DNA from: Eledone cirrhosa
Taxonomy: Eukaryota
Assembly (NCBI GenBank): GCA_964016885.1
Contig: OZ024749.1
Location: 39,308,001 to 39,372,000 of the forward strand
DNA: 64,000 bases
Direction of reading: 5' to 3'
The position numbers were made by a program, and so were the translations under genes. The notes beneath the pieces are model-generated. The model searched no databases. It saw nothing but the letters and a program-made list of their open reading frames with translations, and was not told where the DNA came from. Shown here in pieces: positions 58,781-64,000 of the stretch (its first letter is position 1; every line of letters begins with the position of its first letter).

Positions 58781-59912
58781 CCTCCAGCGCTGCTCCGAAC
58801 CAACAGCAATATACATTAGTTTGTGTCTTCTATTCCTCCAGCGCTGCTCCGAACCAAAAACGCATATTTGTCTGATTAAATAAAAACACCATCTTTAAAT
58901 ATATTGGTTTGTCTCTTCTGTGCCTCCAGCACTGCTCAGAACACACAACAACACATATAATTGTGTATACTTTTGGCACAAGGCCAGCAATTACCCAGGT
59001 GCGTTACTAGTGCTTTATTTTATCGGCCTCTTAAGGATGGAAGGTAAAGCTAACCTCAGCATGATTTGAACTAGTTTGTCACTTCTGTTCCTCCAACGCT
59101 GCTCCGAACTAACAACAACGTATATTTGTCGGATTAAATAAAGACAATCTTTAAATATAATAACTTGTCACTTCTGTTCCTCCAGGGCTGCGCCAAAATA
59201 ACAACAATGTATATATAATATATTGGTTTGTGCTTTCTCTTCCTCCAGCGCTGATCCGAACCAACCAACAGCTAATAGCAATTTTCATTTATTGAATACA
59301 CCCATGCAGAATTTCGCTGCTTTCTTTTTCAGGTTTATAATTTTCTATCTCATGTAATTTTATCCTAAATACTTATTGTCTGATTAAATAAAACCACAAT
59401 CTTCTTTTACATTATCTTCTATTTTAATGAAAGGGTTTTTAACCAGTCATTTTAAACAGATTTTAAATGTGTTTTATTTATACGATAAACACCAAATACA
59501 GTAACAATTTATATCCCAGTATATAAATATAATTTATATCTTAGGAAAATTACATATAAAAAAGAAGTAAAATTTTTTAAAGGATGTTGAATGAAGACCG
59601 GCACACTTAATCACATGCTACAACGAAGGGTGCTGCAGTTTGAAACTAAAATTAATTGTAAGGTGTGACGTCTCGTCGTTCCGAAGATTATAATTAAATA
59701 GTAAATAACCACTTTAAAACTACTACTAAACAACAAACAGATTCTTTCAATATAAACACTGTTTAGTTGTTATTGCTCTTTTCTTTTTTTCTTTCAACGT
59801 GTTTCTAAGAGTAGGAGTGTCTGTCACTAATAAGCTTTATCAGAAGTCAGCTGTTAATATATAACATTGACAGTAACTTATCTGCTCCGTCAACCACTTG
59901 GCTCCGGAAACG

Positions 59913-59956
59913 ATGGAAGTGAACAAAACTAACCAGGAAAAGCAACACATTTCTAA
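59913..59956 (+). CDS. Putative first coding exon of a divergently transcribed gene (MEVNKTNQEKQHIS)
   Basis: ACGATGG start context and AA|GTAAGT donor; upstream CCGGAA (ETS-like) and TGACGT (CRE-like) motifs; repeat-poor region. No downstream exon identified. Confidence 0.4.
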
Positions 59957-61899
59957 GTAAGTCTGTATTTTAGAATATTGTATCTTCTTTATGTCCAAGT
60001 GGTCGTTTCATAATTGAGTAAGTCTTTTTTCAATTCATTTTTATTGTTGTGCCTTTATCTGTGCGAAGTGTATTCTCTTTATGAATATATTTTATAGGTG
60101 TAACATGTTATTGGTGCGGAGATCAATATATTTAAAATTATTTTTAACATTCAGAATTTCTCATTTTCCATGTAATATCCTGATATTGAAGAATTTATTA
60201 AATTCATAGATTTTATTCTTTCATCTGCGAAGATATATTCTATTGAACACTACACTTTTTTTCTTTTTTTTTTTGCTCTCGCTTCGATTAGATATTTTTG
60301 TATATTATATTTATAAGGTTCTTAGCAATAATTAATTGTATATATTATTTGTGTATATATTTTCATTCTGTAAAAATTATAAACAATTTGTAACGTTATT
60401 TCCTCAACTATGAATAAAATCTTCTGTTTATTTTTTTTAATGACGTCTTGTTGCAGATAATTTCAACATTAAAGTACAAATGATTTAACTTCACTGAATT
60501 TATATATATTTCCTCTGTGTATATATTGCCTCTATGTATAAATGTTAATTTGTGTAAAAAAAAAAAAATATTAAGCATTGTAGTGTTGGTTAATTATTGG
60601 TATTCTAAATTCTTATCATTCCCATGTATTATATAAAATAATTTACGTAATGATAGAAGGCGATTTGGGATAATTCGCTGCTGCTGTCGCCAATATATTA
60701 TGAAGTAACAACTAACTACGAGTGTTAGTCTCGGTGCCAGATTTACCATTATACTTAGGTGTGCTGAAGCACAGGACCCCGTTGGCGAGGGGAGGAATCT
60801 TCCTGCGGAAAATATTTTTACGATGAATTTTTCAAATAGATGGTCCGCCCTATTGACCAACGACACCCTGTGCTTAAGTACACCTAAGCACAATCGTTAA
60901 TCTGGGACTATGCACTAACAATACATTAGCTCTCCTTCAAATCGTACTTTCCTGTCTTGAAATTGGATTATGTAAACAGGGTTGTCATGGTTTAAATGCC
61001 TTTAGTAACAGATGTTATTGATTAGGGATAAACCTGGATTAGTCTTCTTTGTCTAATTATTCTTGTGAGGATCGTGAGGACAGAATCCTCAAACACACCT
61101 GTATTTACCATTAAGCAAAATAAACATATGATATGGTCGTCAAGGGGTGAGAAGCAACATTTTAATCAAATTAAATGTATTTGTCATTCCCTTCAAAATC
61201 TTTTAAAGCAAACTTGGTGGTGGTGGTTGGGTCACCATAAACTTATAAGTAAGGCCCTTAAAAGAACTTAATCTAGTTCTGCATATTTGTAGCAAGCTAG
61301 TTTTTTTTTAGATATTGGTTGTTTGGAATTGTTCATGGTTCACTGTAGTGTGACAGGAATGTTTGTAGTATTATAATAACGCTTGGCTTGATAAGTGTAT
61401 ATGAAAGTTGACCTGTCCCATATAAAGCGGTGTGTGAAATGCTGTGTTGAATGAACACTAAACATAAATCGCTACTTTAATAATTTGATTACTTAACAAC
61501 TTACTACAAAGTTATTGTGATAATATAGGAAAACAAAGATATTCACAGTTGAATTATGTGATGTATATGAGAGTGTGCATAGTCTGAAAAGATGGATGGG
61601 ACTAATCTTTGTTCAAGTCAAATGGAAATACAGCTGCTTTGACCTGCTGTACATTAGAAGATGCTGTTGTGACTGGGTTAAGGAGATCAGCAAAGTATTC
61701 TTTCTACCTCAAGAGGGTGCATCTCTCTGAAGAGAGGAGAACCCCAGATGCTTTCCCGATAAGAAGTGTCGAGGGAGATTTTTTTTTTTTTTTTTACAAA
61801 GTCAGTGGATGGTCTGCCAGAACACTTTATTTACTGATCTGAAGTTGAATTCCAGCTTAACCCCCAAGGTCCTCCCATGTATTAACTTTGGATGCCTTT

Positions 61900-62870
61900 A
61901 CTGCCTCTGCTGCACTTTTCATGCCTGCTTGTACCACAAGTGCAAGAAGGAGGACTTATTTCCAAGCCAAACTTTGTAAGCCTCTTTCTTTGCTTGGATG
62001 GTATCTGTGACCTTTAGAGTGAACCAAGGGATCCTACTGCCACACCAAGCCACTTTTGTTCACAGCATTTAACTGCTGAGCTAAACAGAGTGTAGCATTG
62101 GTCGGCTTGAATTTGCAAATGATATGGAATTACTTAAATCACCAAGAGGTGATCTCTGACATGCACTTGATAGGTTTGTTGCCAAGTACTGCATAGATGG
62201 AATGAAAATCAGTGCTGCAAAGACTGAGACACTCGTCCTCTCAGGGAAGCCTGTGCAGTGCACTCTGCATGTGAGTGGAGTTCCACTGAAGCAGGTAGAG
62301 AAGTTCAAGTGTCTTGAGGACATGTTCATGAGTGATGAAGACAGGGGGCTGAATTAATTGCAAGAATTGCAAGAGCTGGTACATTACTGTACCAGCTTCA
62401 GCATTCGGTAATCAGAAGGGAGGAAAGTGTAAAAGCCAAAATTACTATCTTCAATTTGGTATTCGTGCCAACCGTTATCTATGGCCATGAATTTTGGGTA
62501 ATAACCAAAAGAATGCAATTGCAAACACAAGAGGCAGAATGAAGTCCCCCTGAAGAATCTTTGGAGTAACATTACTCAATGGAGTGCATTGCTTGGAGAT
62601 CAGAGTTGCTCCAGATAGAGCCACTACTTTTCTGAATTGAGATTACAGCTCTGATACTTTGGACATGTGGCTAGAATATCTCATGAAATAATCACTGGAC
62701 AGATTTAAGAGGCAAAACCAACTGGTAGGAGAGCTAGAGTTAGACCACAAACAAGATGGTTGGATAACATTCATAAGCTTGACTGGTCTTGCTTGGAAAT
62801 CAAGCCAAATCAAGATGGTTGCTTTTGACAGGACCCATTGGAAGGAGTGTTTGAGGAGTCTGTCCTGATA
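61900..62870 (+). mobile_element. Degenerate RTE LINE 3' half; related fragment at 25640-26010(-)
   Basis: Remnants FANDM, GMKISAAKTETLVL, LKQVEKFKCL, and KPTGRRARVRPQTRWLDNI, with stops and frameshifts. Confidence 0.8.
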
Positions 62871-63735
62871 ACCCTCTTATACCCTCAGTAGTATATACCT
62901 GCACAATATGGGAGAAAGGTCTCTGGTGTGTATAACAGAAAGCATAAGTTGCTTTGTGGTTCCAGCAGTGGACAAAATGGAGAAAGTGTTACCCCAGAGG
63001 ATAGTGAGGGAGATGTGTTGAAATAGGCTCACCAATAGTTAAAGAGGTTGTTTCACAATCACTAGGTTCTAGGTTCTGGGTTCAATCCCACTGTGTTGGC
63101 AACTGTCATTCATCATAATCTCAGATTGACCCATGATGTGAATGAAATTAGAAACTGTTATAAAGTCTGCCAGTTGGTCTGTGCCTGTAACTCAAAGGTC
63201 TATGCTTTCTATGCACTTTGTCATACTGAATCTCCCTGAGAATTACATAAAAAGTACACTGTCGAATACAGAGGCTGTTCTGTTGATTGAACAATTGGAA
63301 GACTTATCATCGAATCTGACAGAGGTCCATTCCAATGCAGTTGAAAGAGAGGGAGAGAATAATATATCTAGACTGTCCTATTACACTTCATAGTATTTCT
63401 GTATATCAATAAATTATGGTTACCACCACCATTTAGAAGTGTACAGAAATAGACCGTGGAGAGAGAGAGAGAGAGAATTTTAACGTGTCTAGACTATCTT
63501 ATTATAATTAATCAGTATATTGTAGTTGGTCAGTCAGCCCAACTAGTTGCAAGCCAGAGCTGCTAAATCACAGCTAACCGCAACAATAACAACTACATAT
63601 TAAAAGGCGTGTGTGTAAATGGATTCACCAGTATTAACAATTGCAGTGGGGAAAGAGGTGGTTAGTCTAAATTATTGTGGTTTCAGTATGTCCTTTAGCC
63701 AAGGCTGAACATTGTATGTGTTTGTGTATATACAT

Positions 63736-63766
<31 letters not shown>

Positions 63767-63768
<2 letters not shown>

Positions 63769-63952
63769 TTATAGAAGGAGCTTCTACAGGACTAGTACTG
63801 TTTCATTCAGATGAAATCTTCAGGAAGATTTCACCTGAATGAAACAGTACTAGTCCTGTAGAAGCTCCTTCTATAAAATGAAAAAATTTTACTCTGCCAT
63901 GTATTGAGTACCTTACTTACTGTGGTTATCCCCGACTCAACCCGGGACCTAC
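63767..63952. mobile_element. (TA)n-flanked fold-back element with hammerhead core
   Basis: About 55-bp arms with one mismatch (63767-63878). The minus strand reads CTGAAGA-TTTCATCTGAAT-GAAA-CAGTACTA-GTC. Confidence 0.65.
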
Positions 63953-63990
<38 letters not shown>

Positions 63991-64000
63991 TCATCATCAT

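Noticed and set aside
58778-59270. Repeat-spacer pattern as a CRISPR array
   Set aside because: Spacers are related to each other and vary in length, and the repeats are degenerate.
59913-59956. Calling the divergent gene FIG4, the head-to-head neighbour of AK9 in mammals
   Set aside because: The short peptide shows no recognisable FIG4 similarity, so there is no support in this window.

Overview
AT-rich, repeat-dense animal genomic DNA. It is most likely an octopus or other coleoid cephalopod, inferred from the SINE types and microsatellite load. The main gene is an adenylate kinase 9 (AK9)-like gene on the minus strand. I traced 23 coding exons by hand from 51912 down to 768, about 1063 codons, all with GT-AG junctions and consistent phases. 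They encode three GxxxxGKT P-loops and two CPV/YHS-like modules, and the gene continues past position 1. A palindromic RFX X-box sits 7 nt upstream of the ATG. A possible first exon of a divergent gene lies at 59913. Introns and intergenic DNA hold two tRNA-derived SINE families, CR1, RTE, CRE and L1-like LINE fragments, a 5'-truncated Penelope-like element (PLE) with a GIY-YIG domain, piggyBac, Tc1/pogo and hAT MITEs, a Helitron, and many minisatellites. The most notable signal is a set of small, non-coding, (TA)n-flanked elements carrying type-I hammerhead ribozyme motifs, from several unrelated sequence families. Many are fold-backs whose inversion point lies in or next to the hammerhead. 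Secondary signals are SINE-seeded minisatellites, MITEs and minisatellites hugging exons, and a strong SINE strand bias. Everything was read by eye with no searches run, so repeat boundaries are approximate.
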